Both the position numbers and the translations under genes were made by a program. Of a stretch of DNA of 64,000 nt, positions 1-13,213 are shown piece after piece. The notes under the pieces are model-generated. The model was not told the DNA's origin. It was given only the letters and a program-made list of their open reading frames with translations, and made no database searches. This DNA is from Octopus vulgaris. Taxonomy: Eukaryota. Position 1 is the first letter of the stretch, and every line of letters begins with the position of its first letter. Location: contig OX597818.1 of NCBI GenBank assembly GCA_951406725.2, forward strand, positions 134,354,001-134,418,000, given 5' to 3'.

Positions 1-392
1 GCTTGAATACAAGTGCCCAAGCAAGGTCTCCCGCCTAGATGGTAATGTATTCTTTTTTTACACCTAGTCAAGATGACCGCGAAAATGGTCGTGGGCGCTG
101 CTCTTTTTCTTCTGGTTAAATCATTATAAATGCAATCCACACTGAATTTTTAAAAACTCATTAGATATCACTATATACCAGAATAGGATTGCTTCGATAG
201 ACTATCGACCAGCGTAGGATGGCTTGAATAAAGAGTGAATACTGAACTTTTCTTCTTAAACTATCAGTGAATTTCCCTCGAGATTTATAATTGCTTGCAG
301 ACAGTTTTTCGAAATCAGTGACGAAAGTTACTGGAAAAACAATAGATAAGTATTTGCAAACGGTCTCCCTTTATCGAAAACCGGTGATTGCC

Positions 393-435
393 GTACGCCG
401 AAGACAGGCAAATACCTAGAAACTGCAGTCCGTGC
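393..435 (+). ncRNA. Minimal type I hammerhead ribozyme-like motif (Penelope-type), CCGAAGA core
   Basis: gtacg-CCGAAGA-c-agg-caaata-cct-a-GAAA-CTGCAG-TC-cgtgc. Stem I is gtacg/cgtgc, stem II agg/cct, stem III palindromic CTGCAG, with a GUC triplet. Confidence 0.65.
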
Positions 436-469
436 GTATCACTTAGGTTGGCGAGAGAAGGGGTGACCT

Positions 470-929
470 CCCTTTGCAAATACTATAAGAGCACAGAAAG
501 TGTGCCTAAAGCCAGCTGGAGACGATGATCTCCTGGGGCTAAAAGCTACAGTAACACCCACCCTTTACAAATACCATAAGGGCACAGAAAGTGAGCCTAA
601 AGCCAGCTGGAGACGATGATCTCCTGGGGCTAAAAGCTACAGTAACACCCACCCTTTACAAATACCATAAGGGCACAGAAAGTGAGCCTAAAGCCAGCTG
701 GAGACGATTATCTCCTGGGGCTAAAAGCTACAGTAACACCCACCCTTTACAAATACCATAAGGGCACAGAAAGTGAGCCTAAAGCCAGCTGGAGACGATG
801 ATCTCCTGGGGCTAAAAGCTACAGTAACACCCACCCTTTACAAATACCATAAGGGCACAGAAAGTGAGCCTAAAGCCAGCTGGAGACGATGATCTCCTGG
901 GGCTAAAAAGCTACAGTAACACCCACCCT
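470..929. repeat. Tandem repeat, 5 x 91 bp
   Basis: Unit ccctttacaaataccataagggcacagaaagtgagcctaaagccagctggagacgatgatctcctggggctaaaagctacagtaacaccca starts at 470, 561, 652, 743 and 834. Confidence 0.95.
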
Positions 930-1449
930 TAGTGGTTAGCCATATTGAGATGGCTAGTATACTTTACGTTGTCGTGCAGTTACTGTTTACATCTCGTTCA
1001 GAGATTTATTATTGCTATCAGTGAATTTATTGTAGGAAAAAAAATTACGGAAACCTGTCACTGGATGAGTAGAAAGAAGTTAATTCAATATAAGTGAAGA
1101 CCTAGAAGTCGGCATCGACTCATTGAGTGGGTAGCGACTCAGGGCGGGCCGAGAAGGAAACTAATTAAGTAATTAAAGAAAATAGAGCAGAGGATGATTA
1201 CATGAGAGAGACGGGGTCGGGGGGGGTGAGGATTAATGGGCTGAGAAGGAGTGATGGGGAGAGTCAAAGAAAAGGAAGAAATAGGAGAAAGTGTGAATTA
1301 TATGCTTGAGAAGTAACTTCAAATAAGTATGTTTCGCCTTATTTGCATCTTTATCGAAATCATCCCAATTATTACTTTCTGGTTATATCATCGCCATTTC
1401 CGGAGATGACTGTACATTTAATCTGAATTAAATGTGATATTTTTGTGCA

Positions 1450-1454
<5 letters not shown>

Positions 1455-1486
<32 letters not shown>

Positions 1487-1489
1487 GTG

Positions 1490-1570
<81 letters not shown>
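1455..1570. repeat. (TG)n microsatellite
   Basis: Direct read. Confidence 0.95.
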
Positions 1571-1571
<1 letters not shown>

Positions 1572-1711
1572 GTTCTCAAGCTATTTCTAAACATTTTATT
1601 TTGAATGAAATTTAAACAAAAGCTGTAATCGAATCGGAAAAACTTCAAGATTGAAATCCAGATACGAATCTAAATATAAATATAAATGGGCGAAATATTT
1701 ACAGAGAGAGA

Positions 1712-1786
1712 TGCCGAAGCCCGATAATGAACCAGAGACCTTTAGATTTTTTAAGTCTAGCGATCTCTCAAACGAGATGTTTTACC
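1712..1786 (-). pseudogene. Degenerate tRNA-Phe(GAA) pseudogene
   Basis: Reverse complement ...gagagatcgctagacttaaaaaatctaaaggtctctggttcattatcgggcttcggca aligns to metazoan tRNA-Phe (GAGAGCGTTAGACTGAAGATCTAAAGGTCCCTGGTTCGATCCCGGGTTTCGGCA). Anticodon loop and 5' half are damaged. Confidence 0.75.
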
Positions 1787-2673
1787 CAGATAAGTTGTTA
1801 GATAGTTAGACACTGTCAACAATGCGTCACAACTAGTAACCCATCGACATCGACACATAATATCAACAGAATCAATTCTTTAGTTTTCGTCTAATATTTC
1901 CGCATAAGTTTTCTTTCTTGTGGAATTTCACACTGTCAATCGCCTACATAAACTCTCCAGCAGTTTCCGTTTCTCCACCTTTTCTCATTCCTACGGTCTA
2001 TCATCGATCGGAGCGCCTATCCAGTCCTTACTCATAAAAACACCAACTGTCAGGAAATTACGTGTACCACACACACACTCTTCCTAAAGCGATTAAAAAA
2101 AACCCCAGCCAGAGCAAGTGTTGCAACACGATGTCGGGTGTGCATATCGCAGCACGTCGAAGGGTGGGGAAACTGAATGCTGGTATGTTTGAGTGTGTGA
2201 AAGTTGGTCTGTCAGTAAGCTAGGTTCTTTCTTCTTTTTTTTTTCCTCATTTTATTTTATTTATTTTTTGGTAGTGTGTCGGTCTCTGGCGACTAGATAT
2301 ATGTGTGAATGCACGTCTGTGTGTGCGTGCGCTTGCGAGTAGCGATACATCGGTTTGTATAACATCAATATTAGTGGGTGTGTCTCCGTGAGGGGAGTAT
2401 TACAACTAGATTACAGATAACACGCGCGCCCGCCCGCATGTGTGTGTGTGTGTGTGTGTGTGAAACAACTACATTAGGGTTTGCGTGTGAAGAAGCTGCG
2501 TCATCCTAGACAGAGGAGCTGTACTTTATTGTAGATGAGCAGAAACTGCTAACGGTGCAAAGTAATTTTCATTCTAAAAAAGAAAGCTAGCTAGAGTTTG
2601 TATTGCTCCTGTACAATATATGCACATAGGACACGGAATACTGCAGCGATATATATATATATATATATACATA

Positions 2674-2980
2674 TCACGTGATCACGTGACCCACCAGACC
2701 ATTAGATGTTGTTACACATCGCTGGTCACAATGCGTTCGCATTGTTTTAGCCTTCGAATGACGCCACCCTGCTGGCTAAGTGAGCAGGCCAACAGAAGAA
2801 AGAGTGGGAGAAAGTTGTGGTGAAAGAGTACAGCAGGGATCACCACCATCCCCTGCCGGAGCTTCGTGGAGCTTTAGGTGTTTTCGCTCAATAAACACAC
2901 ACAACGCCCGGTCTGGGAATCGAAACCGCGATCCTGCGACCGCGAGTCCGCTGCCCTAACCACTAGGCCATTGCGCCTCC
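2674..2980 (-). mobile_element. SINE-A head and body with alternative tail B
   Basis: Head ggaggcgcaatggcctagtggttagggcagcgg is shared with SINE-A. The tail ending cacgtgatcacgtga differs. Confidence 0.85.
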
Positions 2981-3042
2981 ACTGTGGTAAATCATTCTCA
3001 CAAAATATACATATATGCACACACACACACACACACACACAT

Positions 3043-3095
<53 letters not shown>

Positions 3096-3108
3096 ACGAG
3101 AGAGAGAG

Positions 3109-3177
<69 letters not shown>

Positions 3178-3179
3178 TA

Positions 3180-3353
3180 GGCATGTCTGAGTGGTAAGAA
3201 GTTTGTTTCCCAATGACACGGTCCCGGGTTCAGTTCCACTACATGGCATCTTGGGCAAGCGTCTTCTACTGTAACCCGAACCAACCAAAGCATTGTGAGT
3301 GGATTTGGTAGACAAAAACTGAAAGAAGCCCGTCGTGTGTGGTGCGTGCGTGC

Positions 3354-3400
<47 letters not shown>

Positions 3401-3705
3401 TGTGTGTGTGTATTTGTCCCCAATACCTATTTCTTTATTACCCACAAGGGGCTAAACATAGAGGGGACTAACATGGACAGACATAGGTATTAAGTCGATT
3501 ATATTTGTCCCCAATACCACTTGACAACCAGTGTTGGTTTGTTTATGTCCCCGGAACCTCAGGAATTCGGTAAAACAGACCGATAGAATAAATACCAAGC
3601 TTTTATAAAATAAGTACAGGAATCGATTTGTTCGACTCAACCATTCAAGGGGGGGGGGTGCCTCAGCTTGACTGCAGTCCAATGACTGAAACAAGTAAAC
3701 GAAAA
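3180..3705 (+). mobile_element. SINE-C (tRNA head, internal microsatellite) with a nested 5'-truncated SINE-B tail at about 3427-3502
   Basis: Family motifs gtgagtggatttggtagac and gactgaaacaagtaaa. The nested piece is flanked by duplicated tatttgtccccaatacc. Confidence 0.8.
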
Positions 3706-3829
3706 ATATCCATGAATAATCATCAGTGTTTGTGAAGCATTACTGTGAGAATTGGTAGAATAATGTTCTTTAGTCAAGAGTGTGTGTTTTACTGCATCTT
3801 CTCGATGTGTGGTAACTATGCCTTGATAT

Positions 3830-4003
3830 AGCATATTGCGTCGATTGACTAGCTTCAAAAAAGTCACACCATCAATGGAGAGCACTATACGAACTTGCTG
3901 AGAAGTTACGAAAGGTTATCAAGAACAAACGCCCAGGAAAACTGACGAGGGGTGGTCTTGTTTTCTCAGGACAATGCTCCAGCACACAAGTCCTTGGTTT
4001 CAT
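3830..4003 (+). mobile_element. Mariner transposase fragment (decayed)
   Basis: Frameshifted translation ID*LQKSHTINGEHYTNLL..KNKRPGKLTRG..QDNAPAHKS carries the second catalytic D motif. Confidence 0.8.
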
Positions 4004-4090
4004 GAATTTACTGCGTTAAATGCCGAAGGTTTGCGTCGAATGAAAATATTCACAAACTTACGAATACCAACCTCTCTCTCTCGCTCACAC

Positions 4091-4460
4091 TTAAATTATT
4101 TTCCCCAAGACTTCGAGTGAGGATGCAGACAGTATCACAGAATTTTTCAGCCACTTAAACTCAATGGAGAAATCTGAATCATTAATCCTTTCCAATGAGC
4201 GGGTTAGCTTATCCTCGGGACTGAGTTTGTTGAGGTCCGAAGTAGATTTTGTTGATGCGTTTTGACGTCGTCTGCCCTTGTTTATTCCGTGTTTGCTCTT
4301 GGCTATCATTAGGTCATGATCAGAGTAGCAATCGGCACCACACAAACTTGGCAATACATCTTGCACCAATCTTTTAGATGGCAAACCATGTAGTCAATCA
4401 AGTGCCAGAGCTGGGGTGCATCCAAGAGGCCCATTACAATCTTTTGCAGTATGTTCTCTT
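4091..4460 (-). mobile_element. RTE-like LINE endonuclease fragment
   Basis: HP..WHLIDYMV and GADCYSDHDLMIAK resemble the C-terminal motifs of the APE domain. Confidence 0.65.
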
Positions 4461-4754
4461 CCATGTCCTTAGATTTACAGAGAAGTCAGCTAACATAACG
4501 AAACTTCAACGTCAATATTTAGTACAAGGATTCAATTAATTTATTTATTTCAATTTGGAAGTAAAACAGATGAGGTTCAAAAACAAGATGATATAAAAAC
4601 AAATACGTATGGATTAAGATTCTGGATATGAATTTCCATTTCCCTGCTTAAAATTTTTAAAATATGATTGAAATTTGAAAATGTTCAACCAGATGTTTTC
4701 TTGAGAAAGTAAAATGAATATTGGAAATCTGAACTTGAATTAACAGAGATTTCT

Positions 4755-4991
4755 TTCTTTTTTTTTTACTACCCACAAGGGGCTACACACAGAGGGGACA
4801 AACAAGGACAGACAAACGGATTAAGTCGATTATATCGACCCCAGTGCGTAACTGGTACTTATTTAATCGACTCCGAAAGGATGAAAGGCAAAGTCGACCT
4901 CGGCGGAATTTGAACTCAGAACGTAGCGGCAGACGAAATACGGCTACGCATTTCGCCCGGCGTGCTAACGTTTCTGCCAGCTTGCCGCCTT
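4755..4991 (-). mobile_element. SINE-B monomer
   Basis: Head aaggcggcaagctggcagaaacgttagc, core gcctttcatcctttcggagtcg, TSD attaacagagatttct. Confidence 0.9.
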
Positions 4992-5916
4992 ATTAACAGA
5001 GATTTCTAACATAGGCACGAGATCTTAAATTTCTTCATTTACGTGGGTGGGGGGAAATGGCAGTCGGTTATGATTAGTCCAGTTTCTGACAAGTACTTTA
5101 TTTTATCAATCCCAGAAGAATGAAAAGAAAAGTAGACTTTTGCATGATTTGAACTCAGAAGGTAAAAGCCATTGGTTAAATGCAGGAAACTATTTTGTTC
5201 CGGATTCAAACGCTTTAACCAATACACTGACCCAATTTGTGGCAACCTAAAAATAAAAAACACAATTGTTTTTCTACTGACCTGAATTTCACTTTTATTT
5301 CTATTAAATTTAAAGTACAATGGGGAAATTCATCTTCAGTTTCAAAATTAATTTTCTATTCTTTTATTTATTTATTACATCCCAAACATCCTGGAAATCG
5401 TTTTATGGGAAATACCATAGATTCAGCTTCTTTGTAGGAAATTTCAAATTTCAAATCTAAAATTATAAACTTTTAAAAAATGTATCTAAATTTCCATCAT
5501 TGATTGAAAAAATCACTTGACATTTGGGTCAGATAAAATGGAAATTCCTCTTCATGGAAAACCAGAATATATCTATTTAGACATGAGAAAAAAAATGATG
5601 AACAGCTGGGTAAGTTAATTAGAAGCAGCTGTAGTTTTCAGCGACAAATTGCACAGAGAATCATATCAGGTCTTGAAGAATGATGGCTAAAAATCTGTCA
5701 TCACAAACTTGGTGCCTTGATACTGTTTATATCGCTGTTTGATAATATTATTTCTTGCTTTTTTTTTTATTTTGTTCTATAATGTCAAGACACCATCCAA
5801 CAGCAGATGTTGGTCTTCAATAACGAACACGACAACCATTACGCCCGCCGCACTCGTAATCTGATAGGAACATTTATCACAATCACCATCACCTAAAACA
5901 CTAGCGCCAAGGCTTT

Positions 5917-6299
5917 TGGAAGCACTCCGTCGGTTACGACGATGAGGGTTCCGGTTGATCCGAATCAACGGAACAGCCAGCTCGTGAAATTAACGTGTGA
6001 GTGGCTGAGCACTCCACAGACACATGTACCCTTAATGTAGTTCTCGGGGATATTCAGCGTGACACAGAGAGTGACAAGGCCGGTCCTTTGAAATACAGGT
6101 ACAACAGAAACAGGAAGTAAGAGTGAGAGAAAGTTGTGGTGAAAGAGTACAGCAGGGATCGCCACCATCCCCTGCCGGAGCCTCGTGGAGCTTTAGGTGT
6201 TTTCACTCAATAAACACTCACAACGCCCGGTCTGGGAATCGAAACCGCGATCCTATGACCGCGAGTCCGCTGCCCTAACCACTGGGCCATTGCGCCTCC
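5917..6299 (-). mobile_element. SINE-A (young tRNA-derived SINE, about 380 bp)
   Basis: Pol III A/B boxes (tggcccagtgg, gtttcgattcc). TSD gcgccaaggct. Confidence 0.92.
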
Positions 6300-6516
6300 G
6301 GCGCCAAGGCTAACCCCATTGGGACTACAAACAACACAGCCATAAACACAACCACCACCACCACCACCACCACCTTCACCACCACAATCACCATCATCAC
6401 AACAACCAACACCACTACCATCCTTATCACTATCTCCGTCGCCATCAGCACCACAACCACAACCACCACCGTCATTATCATCGTCTTTAAACAGTGGTGG
6501 TTATTTATTAAATAGA

Positions 6517-6906
6517 CTAACAGTATCGCCCGGCGTTGCTCGGGTTTGTTTCGACCCTTTAGAATTGGAATTTTTGAAAAGTAAAAATTTTGCATTATGT
6601 AGCTTGTTATTCTCTTTAAGTGAACATTTTTCTGGTTGAAATACACCGAAAAATGCCGACACAGCAGTCAAAAAATCGTAAAAAATAAAGATTTTCATAG
6701 AAAAAAAGCACCTTTTTGATGTAAATAATTTTTGGTGTTAACATGGTCCGATTTGAATTTTTTTTCTACGGAAGGAAGAGCAAGCCTTCTTTTTCATACT
6801 CTCAATTTTGGTCAATTTGCGCCGCAGGGTCTCGGAGGAGATAGTGTTAGTTGAGGGCTACCAAACCTGCCATAAACAGACAACTTCAGCTTTATATATA
6901 TAGAGA
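6517..6906 (-). mobile_element. Non-autonomous Helitron, internal type II
   Basis: 5' TC(TC)TATATATA, 3' hairpin cccgagcaacgccggg, 3' end TTAG. Inserted at A^T. Confidence 0.8.
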
Positions 6907-7699
6907 TTAGTGTAACAGATTAACTATTGCTCAGAATTGAAATAACTTTTCAGTGTTTTAATAACAATGCGTACCTGTACTTCTATTGTTATTCAAACCT
7001 CATTTACCTTTTTGCATCTTTGATTTTCGAAATTTATTCCTTAAACCATTGTAGTTTTTAAAAGCGAATATTTAGAGATGTCACAAGTCCATAACATTTT
7101 CAGCTCCCCCTGCACTGCTGGCATTGCTTTTTTTTATTTTCTGCTTGAAGATATAAAGATAGGAAAAAGAGAATTTAAAAGGTTGCCGTTGAAGGTTCCC
7201 AAGGATTTTGGGAAGCAAAAGTGTTAATGAAGCAAATGAGACACAGCAGAGTGTTGACGAGAATGGATTTTCGAATGATATTGTTTTCAGATTTTGGCAT
7301 CAAGGCCACAAATTTCGGAGGAGGGGTAAGTCAATTACATCGACCACCGTGTTCGAACGGTACTTATTTTATCGACCTCGAAAAGATGAAAGGCAAAGTT
7401 GACCTCGGCGACGAAAGTACACCGATAAATTCAAAAATAAACTTTAGAATTTAAATGATATACAGTATAACATTCATAAACACCTACTGTAAGAGGCTCC
7501 AATCGCTGCCTCATCCGTCCAAAAGAGGTAATCAACTGAACTGTAAAGTCACAGCCATGCAATTTTAAGAGAAAAATCAAAGCGATGGTATTGCTCGAAA
7601 CCGCGTTGCAGCCGTTATTTTAATTTTATCTAGTTTCAGCTCACGAGCTGTGGCCATGCTGGGGCACCAGATATATACGTGTATGTGTGTGTACTTGCT

Positions 7700-7916
7700 T
7701 TTATTCTTTTACTTGTTTCAGTCATTTGACTGCGGCCATGCTGGAGCACTGCCTTATAGAGCTTTTAGTCGAAGAAATAAAGCCCAGGACTTATTCTTAG
7801 TAAGCCTTAGTATTTATTCTATCGGTCTACTAAGTTACAAAGAAGTAAACACACCAAAATCGGTTGACAAGTGATGACGGGCGGGAGAGCAAACACAGAC
7901 ACACACGCACATAAAT

Positions 7917-7997
<81 letters not shown>

Positions 7998-8162
7998 CAC
8001 GACAGGCTTCTTCCAGTTTCCGTCCACCAAATCCACTCACAAGGCTTTGGTCAGCCCGAGGCTATAGTAAAAGACACTGGCCCAAAGTGCCACGTAGTGG
8101 GACTGAACCCGAAACGATTTAGTTGGGAAGCAAGCTTCTTACCACATAGCCACGTCTGCACC
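7700..8162 (-). mobile_element. SINE-C
   Basis: Family motifs with internal (CA)n(TA)n. Confidence 0.85.
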
Positions 8163-8775
8163 TATACATACATACATCCATAGATACATACATACACACA
8201 TACATACATACATTCATACACACATACATACACACACACATACATACATACATACATACATACATACATACATACATACATACATACACACATACATACA
8301 TACATACATACACACATACATACACACATACATACATACACACATACATACACACACATACATACATACATACATACATACATACACACACACACATACA
8401 TACACACATACATACATACATACATACATACATACATACATACACACATACATACATACATACATACATACACACATTCATACATACACACATACATACA
8501 TACATACATACATACATACGTACACATATTCATACATACATACATACATACACACATACATACATACACACATTCATACATACATACATACATACATACA
8601 TACATACATACATACATACATACATACATACATACATACATACATACATACATACATGCATACATACATACATACATACATACATACACACATACATACA
8701 TACACATGCATACATACATACATACATACATACATACATACATACATACATACATACATACATACATACATACAT
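8163..8775. repeat. (ATAC)n microsatellite, about 610 bp
   Basis: Direct read. Confidence 0.95.
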
Positions 8776-8794
8776 GCTTATATAGATATAACAG

Positions 8795-9084
8795 TGAAGG
8801 TGCGTGGCTTAGTGGTTAGGTTATTCGGCTCACGATCCTGATGTCGTGAGTTCAATTCCCGACTGCATGTTGTGTCCTTGAGCATTACGTCGCACTCAAC
8901 TAGAAAAAAAGGAGCTGTACCAGTAATTCAAAGGGCCAGCCTCGTCACATTCTGTGTCACGCGGAATCTCCGTTAACAGTACGCGTGTCTGCGGAGTACT
9001 CAGCCACTAGCACGTTGATTTCACGAGCAAGCTGTTCTCTTGGCTGGATCAATTGAAACACTCGTAGTCGCATCCGACGGAGTG
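8795..9084 (+). mobile_element. Older SINE with a different head and body but SINE-A tail
   Basis: Head gaaggtgcgtggcttagtggttagg, tail ...ccgacggagtg. Confidence 0.7.
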
Positions 9085-9114
9085 ATAAGCACTTTTTAAT
9101 AACTTTATATGATA

Positions 9115-9510
9115 CTAGCAGTATCGCCCGGCGTTGCTCGGGTTTGTAAGGGAAATAACTATATAAGCATTTTTAGAGAGTTATAGCCAAAAAATAGCAA
9201 AAAAATGCATTAAAAATGGGAAAAAAATTATGGTAAATTTTTTTTAAATCGTTGACTCATCGTAGACATTTTTAGAGAATTACTTCCCTTATATAATAGC
9301 GAAAAAATGCATTAAAATGGAAAAGAATGATGGTAATTTTTTTTTAAATCGTAGACTCATCGTAGACGCGCGCTAATACCCAGAAGGGCTCGATATGAAT
9401 CACGACTATAAGATACCCGGTTTTGGTTAAACTGCACCGCAAAATGTGGGAGTAGTTAGGAATCTAAATCGTAGGAGACAGACACACAACTTCTCTTTTA
9501 TATATAAAGA
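9115..9510 (-). mobile_element. Non-autonomous Helitron, internal type I
   Basis: 5' TC, 3' hairpin plus CTAG, A^T target. Confidence 0.88.
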
Positions 9511-9580
9511 TTATATATAACACATGCATATATATGAATACAATATTTATTCAGACACACGCTCGCACAGACACATAGAT

Positions 9581-9620
<40 letters not shown>

Positions 9621-10155
9621 TGCAGGCATATGTGAGTGCGTGATTATGTAATATCATGACAACTATCCGAAAATGAATTTTAAGGTAAGGTCCAGCGATA
9701 ATTATTTGCTCTAGCTCAAAACTTTAGGATGGTTTGTTTGTTATTTCAGTGCTTTTATCTGTGAAGCTGATTCCTAATTCAGTGGTACCTATCCGGTTTA
9801 GATGACGTAGTTAAACTGTAATTGTCATAGTCGTCGTCGTTGTTATTTAGTCCCAGGTCTGCCTGGGGCTTAACAACAATCTATGAGCGAAGACATTCCA
9901 CTTGTGATCCTTTTAGGGCTGTGTATCTATCTTTTATCTTTTACTTGTTTCAGTCATTAGACTGCGGCCACGCTGAGTCACCGCCTTGAAGAATTTTTAG
10001 TCGAATAAATCGACTGCAGTACTTTTTTTTTTTTCGTTAAGCCTGGTACTCATTCTATCGGCTCCTTTTCGCTGAAGTGCTAAGTTATGGGGACGTAAAC
10101 ACACCGATACCGGTTATCAAGCAGTGGTGGTCGACAAACACATACACACACACTC

Positions 10156-10195
<40 letters not shown>

Positions 10196-10255
10196 GTCGT
10201 CTAAGAGTCCATATGTTAGGAAAACATGCCCTCGTGTCAATAGAGTGGGTATATT

Positions 10256-11743
10256 AAGGCAGAAACGTTAGCATGCCGGGCGAAATGCGTAGCCGTATTT
10301 CGTCTGCCGTTACGTTCTGAGTTCAAATTCCGCCGAGGTCGACTTTGCCTTTCATCCTTTCGGGGTCGATAAATTAAGTACCAGTTACGCACTGGGATCG
10401 ATGTAATCGACTTAATCCGTTTGTCTGTCCTTGTTTGTCCCCTCTGTGTTTAGCCCCTTGTGGGTAGTAAAGAAATAGGTATTTCGTCTGCCGTTACGTT
10501 CTGAGTTCAAATTCCGCCGAGGTCGACTTTGCCTTTCATCCTTTCGGGGTCGATAAATTAAGTACCAGTTACGCACTGGGGTCGATGTAATCGACTTAAT
10601 CCGTTTGTCTGTCCTTTTTTGTCCTCTCTGTGTTTAGCCCCTTGTGGGTAGTAAATAAATAGGTATTTCGTCTGCCGTTACGTTCTGAGTTCAAATTCCG
10701 CCGAGGTCGACTTTGCCTTTCATCCTTTCGGGGTCGATAAATTAAGTACCAGTTACGCACTGGGGTCGATGTAATCGACTTAATCCGTTTGTCTGTCCTT
10801 GTTTGTCCCCTCTGTGTTTAGCCCCTTGTGGGTAGTAAAGAAATAGGTATTTCGTCTGCCGTTACGTTCTGAGTTCAAATTCCGCCGAGGTCGACTTTGC
10901 CTTTCATCCTTTCGGGGTCGATAAATTAAGTACCAGTTACGCACTGGGGTCGATGTAATCGACTTAATCCGTTTGTCTGTCCTTTTGTCCTCTCTGTGTT
11001 TAGCCCCTTGTGGGTAGTAAATAAATAGGTATTTCGTCTGCCGTTACGTTCTGAGTTCAAATTCCGCCGAGGTCGACTTTGCCTTTCATCCTTTCGGGGT
11101 CGATAAATTAAGTACCAGTTACGCACTGGGATCGATGTAATCGACTTAATCCGTTTGTCTGTCCTTGTTTGTCCCCTCTGTGTTTAGCCCCTTGTGGGTA
11201 GTAAAGAAATATATTTCGTCTGCTGTTACATTCTGAGTTCAAATTCCGCCGAGGTCGACTTTGCTTTTCATCCTTTCGGGGTCGATAAATTAAGTACCAG
11301 TTACGCACTGGGATCGATGTAATCGACTTAATCCGTTTGTCTGTCCTTTTTTGTCCTCTCTGTGTTTAGCCCCTTGTGGGTAGTAAATAAATAGGTATTT
11401 CGTCTGCCGTTACGTTCTGAGTTCAAATTCCGCCGAGGTCGACTTTGCCTTTCATCCTTTCGGGGTCGATAAATTAAGTACCAGTTACGCACTGGGGTCG
11501 ATGTAATCGACTTAATCCGTTGTCTGTCCTTTTTTGTCCTCTCTGTGTTTAGCCCCTTGTGGGTAGTAAATAAATAGGTATTTCGTCTGTCTTTACGTTC
11601 TGAGTTCAAATTCCGCCGAGGTCGACTTTGCCTTTCATCCTTTCGGGGTCGATAAATTAAGTACCAGTTGCGTACAGGGGTTGATCTAATCGACTGGCCT
11701 CTCCCCCAAAATTTCGGCCCTTGTGCCTAGAGTAGAAAAGAAT
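10256..11743 (+). mobile_element. SINE-B tandem array (head, about 7 x 184-bp headless units, older tail)
   Basis: tatttcgtc recurs at about 10296, 10480, 10664, 10848, 11030, 11212, 11396 and 11579. Flanking duplication gtgrgtatatta. Confidence 0.92.
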
Positions 11744-11756
11744 AGCGTGAGTATAT

Positions 11757-12417
<661 letters not shown>

Positions 12418-13213
12418 TGCTGTAGAAGGATGTAGAGTTTGGGAAGGATGTAGAGAGGTATGGACTGATGGATGGATGGGTGGGTGGATGGATGATATGC
12501 TTTGTGGCATTTCTTCCGTCTTTACGTTCTGAGTTCAAATTCCGCCAAAGTCGACTTTGTCTTTCATCCCTTTCGGGGTCGATAAAATAAGAACCAAGGG
12601 GTTCTTTTTGAGTCGAATAAACCGACTCCAGTACTGATTTTTTTTTCGTTAAGCCTGGTACTTATTCTATCGGCTCCTTTTCGCTGAAGTGCTAAGTTAT
12701 GGGGACGTAGACACACCGACACCGGTTATCAAGCAGTGTTGGTCGACAAACACATACACACACACTCGTGTATGTGTGTGTGTGTGTGTAAGTCGTCTAA
12801 GAGCCCATATGTTAGGAAAACATGCTCTTGTGTCAATAGATAAAATAAGAACCAAGGGGTTCTTATTTTATCGACCTAAACCCCCAACTTAACCCCAGCC
12901 CGAAATCGTCTTAACCCTCGCCCGAAATTTCTGGCCTTGTGCCAAAATTTGAAACCACATAACAACGTCATTAATAATTTTCTAAAAGCAGCGAACTGAT
13001 AGACTCGTTAGCACGCTGAACAAAATGCTTAGTACAATTTCGTCCGTCTTGACTTTCTAAATTCAAATTCCACTGAGGTCGACTCTGCTTTTCGTCCTTA
13101 TGAGGTCGATAAATTAACTACCAGTTGAGCACTGGGAAGCAAGTAACTGATTAGTCCCCTCTCCCCAAATTTCTGGTCTTGTACCTATAGTAGGAAAAAT
13201 TATTGATTATCTA

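Noticed and set aside
5965-6168. Recurrent 65-67 aa ORF MVVIPAVLFHH... as a multigene family
   Set aside because: It lies wholly inside SINE-A copies with Pol III boxes and TSDs; recurrence reflects SINE youth.
8119-8841. [12 protein letters not shown] ORFs here and throughout the window
   Set aside because: Translations of microsatellites.
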